Both the position numbers and the translations under genes were made by a program. Of a stretch of DNA of 64,000 bases, positions 38,218-47,790 are shown one piece after another. Numbering within the stretch: the first letter of the stretch is position 1; every line of letters begins with the position of its first letter. The notes below the pieces were generated by a model. It saw only the letters and a list, made by a program, of their open reading frames with translations. It had not been told where the DNA came from and ran no database searches. The stretch comes from Candidatus Bathyarchaeota archaeon (GTDB lineage: Archaea; Thermoproteota; Bathyarchaeia; Bathyarchaeales; Bathycorpusculaceae): the NCBI GenBank assembly GCA_026014485.1, contig JAOZIE010000008.1, forward strand, positions 160,716 to 224,715. Reading direction: 5' to 3'.

Positions 38218-38389
38218 AACCCGCTCACAGTAAAAACCATGCTTTTTGGGGAATATAACTTTTTAGTTAACCCTTTCACGGGTAAAACTGTTTGCAGTTT
38301 ATCTTTTCTTTTCTGGTTTTGAAGGGGTGACTCCCGCTTTGTGAGGCTGTGGAAATAAGTTAATATTTCTTCATGTGACATATGGTTTC

Positions 38390-39742
38390 ATGAAGCTTGT
38401 AAAGAAAAAAGGTAACTGCTCATTAGCCGCTTTGGTTATCCTGACAGCGGTACTTTTGAGTGTACCTTTTATTTTAATACCTCAAGCATCAGCACAAACC
38501 AACCCAAACACAGACAACTGGCCAATTTACCGCCATGACGCAGCCCACACAGGCTACTCGGAAACCTCTGCGCCTGCTTCTGCGCCGTTGCTATGGAGCA
38601 GCACAATCGATGCCACCCCCGCATCCACGCCTGCACCTCCCTCTGTGGTCAACGGCTACGTCTATGTTGGCTCAGGTGACAACAACATTTACTGTTTTGA
38701 TGCAGCCACGGGCACAAAAGTGTGGACTTATCCAACTGGCAACTATGTAAGCTGCACACCTGCCGTTGTTGACGGACGCGTTTACGCAGGCTCCGCTGAC
38801 GGAAACATCTACTGTCTGGAAGCCTCCAGCGGAACGATGCTCTGGTCTTTCTCTACGGTTTTACCTGGTCAATCTGGCGGTTCAGGTGTCTCCTCTCCGA
38901 CCGTTGTGGGCGACCGAGTCTACTTTGGACCCTTAAACGACTATGTCTACTGCCTTAACGCAGTTGACGGCGGCATGGTCTGGAATTTCTCTACTGGTTC
39001 CGATACGATAAGCGGTTTTGCTTCTCCTGCGGTTGACGGCGGCTACGTCTACGTCGGCGACAACTCTGACGGCAACGTTTTCTGTCTTAACGCAGCGGAC
39101 GGCTCAAAAGTTTGGAATTACACCGCTGATGGGGCGGTTCGTTCGCCCACAGTGGCAAACGGCAACGTGTATGTGGGTTCAAAAGACGGCAACGCCTACT
39201 GCCTTCGCGCCTCCGACGGCGCTAAAATCTGGAACTACACCACCGAGTACAACAGTGCTGGTCCATCCCACGGCTACCACTGGGGAAACACTGTGTCCGA
39301 CCCTGCTATTGCTTACGGCAACGTGTATGTGGGCTCCTCTAACTTCCTCCTATACTGCCTTGACGCAGCATCGGGCAGCCACATCTGGGACTTCACTGCA
39401 GACGCCCAATTCTACGCTGCATCCACAGTGGCAGATGGATACGTCTTGGCGGGCTCCTACGACGGCTACCTCTACTGCCTGAACGCTTCAGACGGCTCCG
39501 AAGTGTGGAGTTACCCCGCAGGCGAATTCTCCCCCGTCAGCGCAGGCGGCAGCGCAGGTTCAGCCGCAGTTGCAGGCGGAGTAGTCTACGTGGTCGGCAA
39601 CGGCGTACTCTACGCCTTAGGCACACCGACATCAACCACCTCTCCCCCCTCATACGAAAACGTCGTAATCTTTGCGGTGGTGTTCATCGTGGCAGTGGTG
39701 CTTCTGGCGGCGGCTTTACTTCGGTGGAAGCGTAAAGTGTAG
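38390..39742 (+). CDS. Secreted PQQ-like (BamB-like) beta-propeller repeat protein with C-terminal TM anchor
   Basis: Signal peptide MKLVKKKGNCSLAALVILTAVLLSVPFILIPQASA. Seven to eight repeats of the G.VYVGS.DGN.YCL.A..G...W type. C-terminal helix VIFAVVFIVAVVLLAAALL followed by RWKRK. Confidence 0.8.
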   Translation: MKLVKKKGNCSLAALVILTAVLLSVPFILIPQASAQTNPNTDNWPIYRHDAAHTGYSETSAPASAPLLWSSTIDATPASTPAPPSVVNGYVYVGSGDNNIYCFDAATGTKVWTYPTGNYVSCTPAVVDGRVYAGSADGNIYCLEASSGTMLWSFSTVLPGQSGGSGVSSPTVVGDRVYFGPLNDYVYCLNAVDGGMVWNFSTGSDTISGFASPAVDGGYVYVGDNSDGNVFCLNAADGSKVWNYTADGAVRSPTVANGNVYVGSKDGNAYCLRASDGAKIWNYTTEYNSAGPSHGYHWGNTVSDPAIAYGNVYVGSSNFLLYCLDAASGSHIWDFTADAQFYAASTVADGYVLAGSYDGYLYCLNASDGSEVWSYPAGEFSPVSAGGSAGSAAVAGGVVYVVGNGVLYALGTPTSTTSPPSYENVVIFAVVFIVAVVLLAAALLRWKRKV

Positions 39743-39744
39743 CC

Positions 39745-41118
39745 CTAGACGGGTCTGAGGTTCCCGAAGGCGTTCTGAACCACTTCGGGCATGGCTGGGT
39801 GAATGTGCATACTGCGGATGATGGATGCGAAGCTGCGGTCTTGGGTGCTCATGGCGTTTATTACTTCCTGAATCAGGATGCTGGCGTCTGGTCCGATGAT
39901 GTGGGCGCCTAGAATTCTGCCTGTATCCTGTTCCACGATGGCTTTCACAAAGCCCGCGGGTTCACCCATCGCCGCGCCCATGGCCGTATCCTTGTAGAGG
40001 GCGGTTCCGACCAGAATTTTGTATCCCTGCCGCTTGGCTTCTGCCTCCTTCAGCCCAACCGACGCGACTTGAGGTTCGCTAAAGACGGCGTGAGGCACCG
40101 CAGAGTAATCCACCGCCACCTTATGGTCGTGGGCGAGGTTGTGCCACGCTATGCCCGCTTCGTAGTTGGCAACATGTTTGAACATGTATTTGCCGATGGC
40201 GTCGCCTAAAGCCCAAATGTTCTTTTTGCTCGTTTCAAGGTACTCGTTGACTTCGATGAAGCCGCGTTCGTCAACTTTCACGCCTGTCCGTTCAGGCTTA
40301 AGCAAATCCGAGTTAGGTGCCCTGCCTGTGGCAACCATAACCGCGTCTGCCGTGAATTCCTTTTGGGAACCATCCGCAAGGTTCTTGGCAACCACCCCCT
40401 TCTCGTTTCCCTTCTGCTTGACCTCCACCGCTTCATATCCCGTGTAGATGTCCATGCGTTTCTGCAGCTCCAGCAGGAGCAGGTCGCTGACTTCAGGCTC
40501 CTCGTTTTTTAGCAGTGTTTGGGGTCTTTGAATGAGCGTGGTTTTGACGCCTATGCCTGAGAAGAAGTGCCCGTACTCGGCGCCTATGTAACCTCCGCCC
40601 AGAATAATAAGGCTTTTAGGCGGCTCTTGCAGTTCCAGCACCGAGTCACTTGTAAGATAAGCTACCGTGTCTAAGCCTTTAACTGGGGGGATTTTGACGC
40701 GGGTGCCGCTGACGATGAAAATCCTGTCTGCCCGCAGGGTTTCCCCGTTTACTTGTAGCGTGTAGTCGCCTGTGAATTCGCCTGTTCCCGTGTACCACCG
40801 AATTTCAGGTGTGGCTTTGACGGCTCGGGCTTGGGCACCTGTATCCTCGTTCACAAGGGCGTGCATGCGGGTCATTATGCTTTTGAAGTCTACAGAGTCC
40901 ACGGAGGCGTTCACGCCCACTTTGCCTGCCTGCCGAATCAGGGTTGCCACGTCTGCGGGGTAGATGAGCATTTTGGAGGGGACGCAGCCGCGGTTGATGC
41001 AGGTGCCGCCCATTGGACCATTATCGATGATGGCAACTTTCAAGCCGCTGTCTACCGCCGCCGAAGCGATAAGCATACCGCTGCCCGTGCCGATTACAAG
41101 TACGTCAAAACGTTCCAT
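39745..41118 (-). CDS. FAD-dependent pyridine nucleotide-disulfide oxidoreductase (dihydrolipoyl dehydrogenase / glutathione-mycothione reductase family)
   Basis: 457 aa. VIGTGSG FAD loop, redox-active GGTCINRGCVPSK, second Rossmann ILGGGYIGAE, C-terminal HIHPAMPE. Confidence 0.85.
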   Translation of the reverse strand: MERFDVLVIGTGSGMLIASAAVDSGLKVAIIDNGPMGGTCINRGCVPSKMLIYPADVATLIRQAGKVGVNASVDSVDFKSIMTRMHALVNEDTGAQARAVKATPEIRWYTGTGEFTGDYTLQVNGETLRADRIFIVSGTRVKIPPVKGLDTVAYLTSDSVLELQEPPKSLIILGGGYIGAEYGHFFSGIGVKTTLIQRPQTLLKNEEPEVSDLLLLELQKRMDIYTGYEAVEVKQKGNEKGVVAKNLADGSQKEFTADAVMVATGRAPNSDLLKPERTGVKVDERGFIEVNEYLETSKKNIWALGDAIGKYMFKHVANYEAGIAWHNLAHDHKVAVDYSAVPHAVFSEPQVASVGLKEAEAKRQGYKILVGTALYKDTAMGAAMGEPAGFVKAIVEQDTGRILGAHIIGPDASILIQEVINAMSTQDRSFASIIRSMHIHPAMPEVVQNAFGNLRPV

Positions 41119-41390
41119 AACAAAACCTCAATAGTAGAAATTCGCAGGCGGCGCCAAATAAACCTTTCAATCTCCCGCTACGCCTGTTTTTCAGGTGAGA
41201 AAACGTTGAAGGATTGCTTAGACCCCTCTGTCCTTTTTTCCTTTAAATTCTTGTACTGGAGGCGCGGAAATCTTTTATTTTCCACGTTGCATAATGATAT
41301 CGGGTGATTCTGTGGCAGCTAAAAAGAAGGCGGAAGAAGAGAAAAAGAAAAAGGAATACTACACTAAGAAAGAGAAGAAAGCCTCTGAAG

Positions 41391-42173
41391 TCACAAAGAA
41401 GTAAGTTTTCCTCGTAGGAAAGCGGGGATGCAGCGCGTGTCGGTGACGGGGTTAAACTTCTCTACTTCATTTTTCTGTAGCGGCAATGCAACTCGGGACA
41501 CCATGCCGTGTAGGCTGTAGGGTAAACGGATAAACCGCATTTCCCCCGCAGTCACCCAAGCGTCCACCTCAAAGCCGCGGTTTTTCACTGTTTCCGCCAG
41601 TTCACTTCTCTGCTTGGTCGTTAGGCTGTAGGCTTCTTGGTCTAAGACGTGGATATGAAAGCCCCTGCCTGAATAGACAACTCGTAAATCCGAAAACTGC
41701 CGCTCCAAGTACTCGTATAAGCCCCGCGTCTGCTGTTTAGCCAGTTCTAGCTCGATGGTGCAGAAGCTTAAGCCTTGATGCCGCTTCATCTTGTCGGCTA
41801 AGGTGCCGTGGATTGGGCAAGTTATGTTTTCTGGGTCAACGTCGAAGGCCAGCTCCTGTCCCTCTGCGCGGTCATCTTCCAAGTAGACGTTGCGGTCGTA
41901 GTAGACGGCTTCAGGCAGAAACTCGATTACCTGCGCCCTTATCTCCTCTAAGTTGGTGTATTCGTCGATGATTATGGTGGTGTCTGCGTCTTCGCGGTAG
42001 GCTTGCGGGAAAATCTTTGTGTGTATGCCTATGATGACGGCGAACTTGGTTTTGCCTCTGCGCATTTGGAGCCACGAGGCAACTTTTTCGAGGGCAAACT
42101 CTGAAGTGTAAAACTCTTTGCGCTCCTCAAGAGTAGCCGGACGCATACCTGCCGGCAAGTAGAATTCTGCCAT
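41391..42173 (-). CDS. priS: DNA primase small (catalytic) subunit PriS
   Basis: AEP motifs LAFDVDPE (DxD), SGRGFHIHV (SGxGxH), and VDAWVTAGEMRFIRLPYSLHG. The start is taken at ATG 42173; the ORF track extends to 42212. Confidence 0.8.
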   Translation of the reverse strand: MAEFYLPAGMRPATLEERKEFYTSEFALEKVASWLQMRRGKTKFAVIIGIHTKIFPQAYREDADTTIIIDEYTNLEEIRAQVIEFLPEAVYYDRNVYLEDDRAEGQELAFDVDPENITCPIHGTLADKMKRHQGLSFCTIELELAKQQTRGLYEYLERQFSDLRVVYSGRGFHIHVLDQEAYSLTTKQRSELAETVKNRGFEVDAWVTAGEMRFIRLPYSLHGMVSRVALPLQKNEVEKFNPVTDTRCIPAFLRGKLTSL

Positions 42174-42306
42174 ACAACTCAATACAGTAATAGGTGCGTA
42201 TCCAAAAAACACTTCGCATGCCTACTCATATTTGACATTCAGCATCAGGCTTTCATAAAGCTTATATGACAATTCCGAAAAGACACTTCTCTTCAAGTGA
42301 AATAAA

Positions 42307-42540
42307 ATGAATAACCTGCTCAAAGTTATAATCACGGGCGCAGTAGCCGCAGTAGTCACCTTCTTCGCCTTGATTTTGTCAGGGTTAGGCACAACTGGAC
42401 TGGCGAATTCTGAAGGCAACTGGGTAAGCCTGACCACTGTGAACCTTGGCGTTAACGAATTTGGGTTTCTGATGGTTTTCGCCGTGTTCGCAGCAGTCGC
42501 CATCACAGGCTACGCACTCAACGCCCTAGACAAAAAATAA
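42307..42540 (+). CDS. Small two-TM membrane protein, unknown function
   Basis: 77 aa with two clear hydrophobic helices. Preferred over the overlapping antisense ORF 42222..42506. Confidence 0.45.
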   Translation: MNNLLKVIITGAVAAVVTFFALILSGLGTTGLANSEGNWVSLTTVNLGVNEFGFLMVFAVFAAVAITGYALNALDKK

Positions 42541-42627
42541 AAAACGCCGCAAAGCCCTCAAAACCCCTTTTTTGTTAACAAGCCTACTGGCAGAAAGGCT
42601 TAATATTCTAGAAATTCCAAAAGTAGA

Positions 42628-42945
42628 GTGGTGAATTTTTTGCCGATAGACCCTGATTTTCAAACTAAACGAAAAGTTGTAGGCGAACATAACGGACATA
42701 AAGTCTGGGGTACACCTGAAGAAGGCACGTTGGGTATCCATGGAACTAACGTTGCCGTAGACTGGGACATATGCGTCGGAGACGGCGTATGCATTGATGT
42801 CTGCCCCATGGCCCTTTATGAGTGGGCTGAAACGCCAAGCGGGGATAAACGGTCTGACCCTGTGCGGGAAGCTGACTGCATTCAATGCTTAGCCTGCGAA
42901 ACCCAGTGCCCCACCCAAGCCATAAAAATCACTCCCCCACCCTGA
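42628..42945 (+). CDS. zfx: Zinc-containing 7Fe ferredoxin, Sulfolobus type
   Basis: IDPDFQTKRKVVGEHNGHKVWG...LGIHGTNVAVDWDICVGDGVCIDVCP...CIQCLACETQCP parallels the Sulfolobus Zn-ferredoxin N-terminal extension (VVGEH.GHKV.G ... LGIHGT.VGVDFD.C) and its cluster motifs. Confidence 0.85.
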   Translation: MVNFLPIDPDFQTKRKVVGEHNGHKVWGTPEEGTLGIHGTNVAVDWDICVGDGVCIDVCPMALYEWAETPSGDKRSDPVREADCIQCLACETQCPTQAIKITPPP

Positions 42946-43051
42946 GCCGTTTTGGGCGTTGCGGCTTTTGCGCCTTCTATTCTTTCTTTTTTAAAAATTG
43001 ATTATTCGGGTTATCGTTAGAAACTAAAGAAAAAAGATGTGGGTTGTTGTT

Positions 43052-43672
43052 TTATTTTATCATTGCGCAGACTTTGTTAGCGTAGTCCCAGTTGACGACG
43101 TTCCAGAAGCCGTCGACGAATTTGCCGCGGTTGTTTTTGTAGTCCATGTAGTAGGCGTGTTCCCAAACGTCCAGTGCCAGTATGATGCGGAATCCGGGGT
43201 AAACGTTGATGTTGTGCTTTTCAATTTGCATAATTAGGGGTCTGGCGACGCATTCCTGCATGGCTAAAACTGCCCAGCCTGAGCCTTCCACGCTGTTGGC
43301 TGCCTTTGTGAACTCCATTTTGAACCGTTCGAAGCTGCCGAACTCCTTGTTTATGAGGTCAGCTATTGCTCCGCTTGGGTTACCTCCGCCTTTGCCTGTT
43401 GGTGCCATGCAATCCCAGAATGTGCTGTGTAGTATGTGGCCGCCGATGTGGAAAGAAAGCTCCTTCAAAGTGGACTTTATGTCTATTTCCACGTTGTCTT
43501 TTCGGGCTTTATCCAGCTTCTCAAAGATGGCGTTAGCGCCGTTTACGTATCCTTGGTGGTGTTTGTCGTGGTGCAGCTTTAGCTGTTCCTCGGACATGTA
43601 GGGTGCTAAAGCGTTGTAGTCGTATTGAAGTTTGGGTAGACTAAAAGATTTTACTCCTTCTGCTTTACTCAT
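43052..43672 (-). CDS. sod: Fe/Mn superoxide dismutase
   Basis: LPKLQYDYNALAPYMSEEQLKLHHDKHHQGYV ... DVWEHAYY. The start is taken at ATG 43672 (GGAG 9 nt upstream); the ORF track extends to 43705. Confidence 0.95.
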   Translation of the reverse strand: MSKAEGVKSFSLPKLQYDYNALAPYMSEEQLKLHHDKHHQGYVNGANAIFEKLDKARKDNVEIDIKSTLKELSFHIGGHILHSTFWDCMAPTGKGGGNPSGAIADLINKEFGSFERFKMEFTKAANSVEGSGWAVLAMQECVARPLIMQIEKHNINVYPGFRIILALDVWEHAYYMDYKNNRGKFVDGFWNVVNWDYANKVCAMIK

Positions 43673-43866
43673 TAAAATATGCTCCATTTTGCTCACCAGA
43701 AGCAATGACTCAAAATGTGATTCTTACCTAATATACTTTTGTTGTCTCCAAATTACCTCTGCCTCGTGACATTTGCTTTAGTTCCAGCGAGAAATTCAAT
43801 CAAGTGTCCAGTTCAGCAGAGCTTATAACTAACCAGCGAATAATACTTTTCAGGAGAAATTCTGCG

Positions 43867-44370
43867 ATGACTAAAACTGATGAAAACCTGAAATCAGCTT
43901 TCGCGGGCGAATCTCAAGCCAACCGGAAATACCTTGCTTTCGCACAGAAAGCGGAAAAAGAAGGCTTCACGCAAGCTGCTAAACTTTTCCGAGCGGCAGC
44001 CGAAGCTGAAACCATTCACGCCCTAAACCACCTAGGCATAAGGGATGAAATTGAATCCACCTTGGAAAATTTGGACGCGGCTTTGGGCGGTGAAACCTTC
44101 GAGTTCACCAAAATGTACCCTGAGTACTTGGAGGTTGCAAAGCAAGAGGGAAACAAGCAGGCACTGTGGAGTTTTGATGTCGCCAACAAAGTTGAACAGG
44201 TACACGCTAATCTCTTCCAGAAAGCAATCGACGCCCTAAAAGCCAAGAAGGAACTGGAGAAAGTCGACTACTACGTGTGCGGCACCTGCGGAAACACCGT
44301 TGAAGGGGAACCACCAGAGAAATGCCCCATATGCGGCGCTCCCCAAGAGAAATTCTTCAAGCCCTCTTAA
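43867..44370 (+). CDS. rbr: Rubrerythrin
   Basis: ATG 43867 is preceded by GGAG. NLKSAFAGESQANRKY diiron motif and C-terminal rubredoxin-like CGTCGN...CPICGAP. Confidence 0.9.
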   Translation: MTKTDENLKSAFAGESQANRKYLAFAQKAEKEGFTQAAKLFRAAAEAETIHALNHLGIRDEIESTLENLDAALGGETFEFTKMYPEYLEVAKQEGNKQALWSFDVANKVEQVHANLFQKAIDALKAKKELEKVDYYVCGTCGNTVEGEPPEKCPICGAPQEKFFKPS

Positions 44371-44539
44371 CTACCCAACTCTCAACCTTCTACACCCTTT
44401 TTGAGAACTACCTTTCCAAGTACGTTTTCTCCAAAAGTTTTTCTAGACTAAAAAGGGTTACAAATAGGTAGCAACGAAAAGAATTTTTGGTCTTAAAGTA
44501 AAGGGAAAACGAAAATTTTAGGTGGAAAGAAAGAGCTGA

Positions 44540-45772
44540 TTAGCGGCAGTTGGCTTTGTCTTCTTGCGGAAGCAGTTTTTGTTCGCGCAGGATTTTCTTG
44601 AATTCTTCCTCTTTCAAAGAGGCTCTCCTGCCGTTAGCATAAACTTTCTTGACTTGTTCCACTACTGCAGCGCTTTGTTCTTCGGTTGGCTCTTTGCCTG
44701 TTAAATCCGCGATTTTGTGGTTTATGCCGCTTTTTCCTGATTGTTTGCCGATTGTTAAGCGTCGTGTGTTGCCTACTAGTTCTGGTGGATAAGGCTCGTA
44801 AGTCCAAGAGTTGTTTAACACGCCGTGCATGTGGATGCCTGATTCATGTGCAAATCCGTAGTCGCCAACGATGGCTTTGTTTGGCGGAATCACGTAGCCT
44901 GTGGCTTTGCCGATGAAGTCCGCGGTCTCTTTTATCATCTTTGTTTTCCCTTTATACTTCATGACGCCATGATGCATGTACAGGTTCAGCAGAACCTTTT
45001 CGGTTTCAGCGTTTCCAGCGCGTTCACCAATGCCCAGATACGTTGTGCTCACGTAGATTTTGTCCCAGACACCTGACGCTGCACGAACCGCCGCCATAGA
45101 GTTCTCCACTGCATTTCCGAAGTCGTCATGTGCATGTATCTCCAAAGCTTTAATCCGCGTTTGCCTAAGCGCCTTAACCTTGGCTGGAATCCCATTCGTC
45201 ACAGGCGCACAAGGGTCTGAAAGCCCAATGCCCACTGTATCGCAGATGCGGTAGCATTCCGCGCCTGCATCAGCAACCGCGTTCACCCACTTCTTCTCAA
45301 ACTCCCAGTCCGCACGTGTGCTGTCTTCGCCGTGAACAAACACCCGCAAGCCATGATCCTTCGCAGCATACTCCACCACATCCACGACGTTTGCTAAAAG
45401 CTCGTCAGCTGTTTTGTCTGGCCACTTTGCCTCGAAATGAATGTGGGACACAGGGTGAGAAATGCCGACTTCGCTGAATCCGAGATCAAGGGCGTTGTCT
45501 ATGTCTGCTCGAACAGCGCGGCACCAACCAGCAACGCGACAGGGTAACTTTAATTTGTGGATAAGTTTGGCTGCCTTTTTGTCTGGCTCCTGATAATGGA
45601 AAACCTCCAGCCGCTCTACACCTAACTCGCAAAGGCGCTCCGCGATTTTGGCGGCGTCTTCAGGACCTACTGCTAAGCCCGGCATCTGGATGCCGTCTCG
45701 GAGCGTGGTGTCGTCTATGATTGGCTCCGTTTTTAGATGGGGCATTTTGAAATAAAATTCTTCTAACTGCAT
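44540..45772 (-). CDS. HMGL-like pyruvate-carboxyltransferase-domain enzyme (homocitrate / isopropylmalate synthase family), short form without LeuA regulatory domain
   Basis: 410 aa. IIDDTTLRDGIQMPG, HAHDDFGNAVEN, GIGERAGNA motifs. A paralogue of the 19513..21066 gene. Confidence 0.75.
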   Translation of the reverse strand: MQLEEFYFKMPHLKTEPIIDDTTLRDGIQMPGLAVGPEDAAKIAERLCELGVERLEVFHYQEPDKKAAKLIHKLKLPCRVAGWCRAVRADIDNALDLGFSEVGISHPVSHIHFEAKWPDKTADELLANVVDVVEYAAKDHGLRVFVHGEDSTRADWEFEKKWVNAVADAGAECYRICDTVGIGLSDPCAPVTNGIPAKVKALRQTRIKALEIHAHDDFGNAVENSMAAVRAASGVWDKIYVSTTYLGIGERAGNAETEKVLLNLYMHHGVMKYKGKTKMIKETADFIGKATGYVIPPNKAIVGDYGFAHESGIHMHGVLNNSWTYEPYPPELVGNTRRLTIGKQSGKSGINHKIADLTGKEPTEEQSAAVVEQVKKVYANGRRASLKEEEFKKILREQKLLPQEDKANCR

Positions 45773-46008
45773 TTTTTTACGACTCTGTTTGATTTTTTTA
45801 TGGTTGCCTGTTATTATGTAATGTTTATTTACTGCAAGTTAGTCGTTGATAAATGTTTCTGCAACTTTTCTGTAAGTTTGTCCAAGAAAACGTGGCCTAT
45901 GTTATGGGTGGGCTTGTCTTAATTCACCTAAAAACTTTATACAGCAACAAAACAAAAACAAACATTCAACAACAATACCCGCAGAAAACAACAAAAACAA
46001 ACCACAAA

Positions 46009-46329
46009 CTAACCCTGCACTTTCTTACGCAGAGCCTTAATCGTTCCCGAAACAGCCACAACATGCACCGCAGCTTCCCTGCCCACAAGCGAAGTAACCG
46101 TCGCCAAAGCCGCACGCACATTATCCACCACTTTCAAATTAACCCGCAAAACTGCCCTCTTCGCCTCAGCGTCAAAGCTAATCAAAGCTAAACCAGCCAA
46201 ACTCGCCCCACATTCGCCAAACAACCGCGTCACCGCACCCCAAACGGCATCCAAAAACTCTCGTTCCGTGGGCACAACAGAAACCTCAAGCTGCAAAGCC
46301 AAATAACGCCTTTTTATCCGTTTCAACAA
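46009..46329 (-). CDS. rnp2: RNase P protein component 2 (Pop5/Rpp14)
   Basis: 106 aa. [10 protein letters not shown]...[15 protein letters not shown]...[11 protein letters not shown] is the archaeal Pop5 pattern. Overlaps the rpp30 3' end. Confidence 0.8.
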   Translation of the reverse strand: MLKRIKRRYLALQLEVSVVPTEREFLDAVWGAVTRLFGECGASLAGLALISFDAEAKRAVLRVNLKVVDNVRAALATVTSLVGREAAVHVVAVSGTIKALRKKVQG

Positions 46330-47057
46330 TCCCCACCCCGCCTAACCAAACGGATTCCCGGAGCAACAAAACCGCTTTCCAGCTTTTTACGGTTGCGCTC
46401 AACCAGTCCAACTGGATTTGTGGAAACGGCATCCAACAGCGAACCGGTGGGTGCGCCGAAAAGCAACGCCAAAAGAGCCATCTCACGGGGTCTGCGCAAA
46501 AGTAGCATCTGTGAGACACCGCTGGAAATTACAACAGGAACATGAAACTCCAAAGCCAACGCAACTTCCCTACGCAGGCAAGACAAAAACCGTACCCGCG
46601 CTGGTCCCTCCAAAACCAACAGGGGCTTGACATCCACCTCCAACCCTGCCACGCCCCCAGTAGCCAACTCCGCTTCCGCTCGGTCAAAAAATCTGTGTCG
46701 ATAATCCAGTAGCGGAAAGTTTAGTAAGTCAACTCTGCGGTCTTTGGCGGCTTGTCTTGAAACCTCTTTGTTTTCGCACAGCACACAAACCACTTCGAAT
46801 TTTCTCCGAAGCCTCCGCAGAGAACTCAAAAGGTCATTTTGTGACCTAGGCTGCAAATCTACCCGTGAAGCCAAATCCACGCCAAAATCCGCGAAGACCG
46901 CTTTAAGCTGACGAATTTCTTGGGCTTTAGTTTCCGTTGCAAACGGCGCCGCCACCAGTTTATAGCCGAGTTCCGCAGCTTTACAGGCAAACTTTGCCGC
47001 TTGATTTGGGTCTTTGCTGTTTAGGCGCAAGTGTAAGTCTGCAAAAGTTCGTTTCAT
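46323..47057 (-). CDS. rnp3: RNase P protein component 3 (Rpp30)
   Basis: 244 aa. [10 protein letters not shown]...[10 protein letters not shown] and the later GLEVD..., [11 protein letters not shown] pattern of the Rpp30 TIM barrel. Confidence 0.8.
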   Translation of the reverse strand: MKRTFADLHLRLNSKDPNQAAKFACKAAELGYKLVAAPFATETKAQEIRQLKAVFADFGVDLASRVDLQPRSQNDLLSSLRRLRRKFEVVCVLCENKEVSRQAAKDRRVDLLNFPLLDYRHRFFDRAEAELATGGVAGLEVDVKPLLVLEGPARVRFLSCLRREVALALEFHVPVVISSGVSQMLLLRRPREMALLALLFGAPTGSLLDAVSTNPVGLVERNRKKLESGFVAPGIRLVRRGGDC

Positions 47058-47527
47058 GGCAGAAGACCAGCTTGCCCGCAGAGTTCCATGATTTGCTGGG
47101 GGGTCTTGTTTTTGAAGTGGATTTTAAAGTGAATGGGGTCGTTAGAGGAAACCTTCACTTTGCCCAGAGCGGCGCTTTGCTTGTCTAGCCGCAGGTACAG
47201 GTTATGCTTTTCTATATGCTGCTTCAACTCATCAGCAAACTGCTCTTTATCTAATGAGTTCAGTGCTGCCCCGATTTTCTCTAAAAACGAAGGCAGCGCT
47301 GTTCTATCTGTGAGTTTAGCTTGCGAAAGAACAATGGGGTTGCCATGGTGCCCCATACAGCTTGTTTGGGTAAAGCTGACTTCAGCAGCTAACGCTTCAG
47401 GTAGAGTGTTGCGTACAGCAGTTTCCACTTTGGTTTGGTCTTCGGTGGCGTGACTAAAAACCCGAATCTCTATGTAACCGATTGGAGATTTAGAGGAAGA
47501 AGAAGGAAACAAATTGGGACACCGCAC
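47054..47527 (-). CDS. DUF54 / COG1325 predicted RNA-binding protein (exosome-superoperon associated)
   Basis: 157 aa. IEIRVFSHATEDQTKVETAVRN...GHHGNPI is the DUF54 signature. Its position between eL13/eL15 and Rpp30 is the conserved archaeal context. GTG start. Confidence 0.7.
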   Translation of the reverse strand: MRCPNLFPSSSSKSPIGYIEIRVFSHATEDQTKVETAVRNTLPEALAAEVSFTQTSCMGHHGNPIVLSQAKLTDRTALPSFLEKIGAALNSLDKEQFADELKQHIEKHNLYLRLDKQSAALGKVKVSSNDPIHFKIHFKNKTPQQIMELCGQAGLLP

Positions 47528-47547
47528 ATTTCGGATAATGGCGGCTT

Positions 47548-47790
47548 CTAGTTTTTAGATTTTTTCTTACTTCCGCCAGTTACAGCTTTCGCGGGGGCAT
47601 TTTTCATGTGCGCTTTGAGGCATTCAACGTTTGCTTCGTGGCTGCTTTTCCGTTTGCGGTCAATTGGAATGCTGAGTTTACGTGCGCTGCCCGCGTCTAA
47701 CCCTGCCTCTTTGATTTCGTCAGGGCTAAAGCCTCTCCCTGGCCGTTTCTTGCCAGTTTGGGCAGTAATTATGGGTTTTATGTGGTGCAT
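47548..47790 (-). CDS. rpl13e: Ribosomal protein eL13
   Basis: 80 aa. RPGRGFSPDEIKEAGL...ARKLSIPIDRKRKSSHEANVECLKAH parallels eukaryotic L13 (GRGFSLEEL...IGI.VD.RR.N.S.ES...NV.RLK.Y). Confidence 0.8.
   Translation of the reverse strand: MHHIKPIITAQTGKKRPGRGFSPDEIKEAGLDAGSARKLSIPIDRKRKSSHEANVECLKAHMKNAPAKAVTGGSKKKSKN

Noticed and set aside
38390-39742. Whether the PQQ-like beta-propeller protein and the nearby acidic Trp-containing mini-ORF indicate PQQ biosynthesis (PqqA-like precursor)
   Set aside because: The mini-ORF lacks the E-x-x-x-Y of PqqA. No pqqB-E genes are present, and PQQ-like repeat propellers of this BamB type do not imply PQQ binding.
41294-41404. 36-aa Lys/Glu-rich plus-strand ORF (MISGDSVAAKKKAEEEKKKKEYYTKKEKKASEVTKK) overlapping the 3' end of priS
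   Set aside because: It is a purine-rich low-complexity tract with no clear Shine-Dalgarno site and a convergent overlap with a confident gene. I cannot distinguish it from chance.
42222-42506. Minus-strand 94-aa ORF overlapping the small two-TM protein gene
   Set aside because: It competes with the plus-strand 77-aa ORF, which has two clean hydrophobic helices. The minus-strand product has no distinguishing features. Neither is strongly supported.
45853-46191. Plus-strand 112-aa ORF rich in Q/K/T/N
   Set aside because: It is a translation of the A/C-rich low-complexity 3' flank of the RNase P operon and overlaps pop5 antisense. The T/G-rich complement more likely serves as the oligo-T terminator region of the minus-strand operon.
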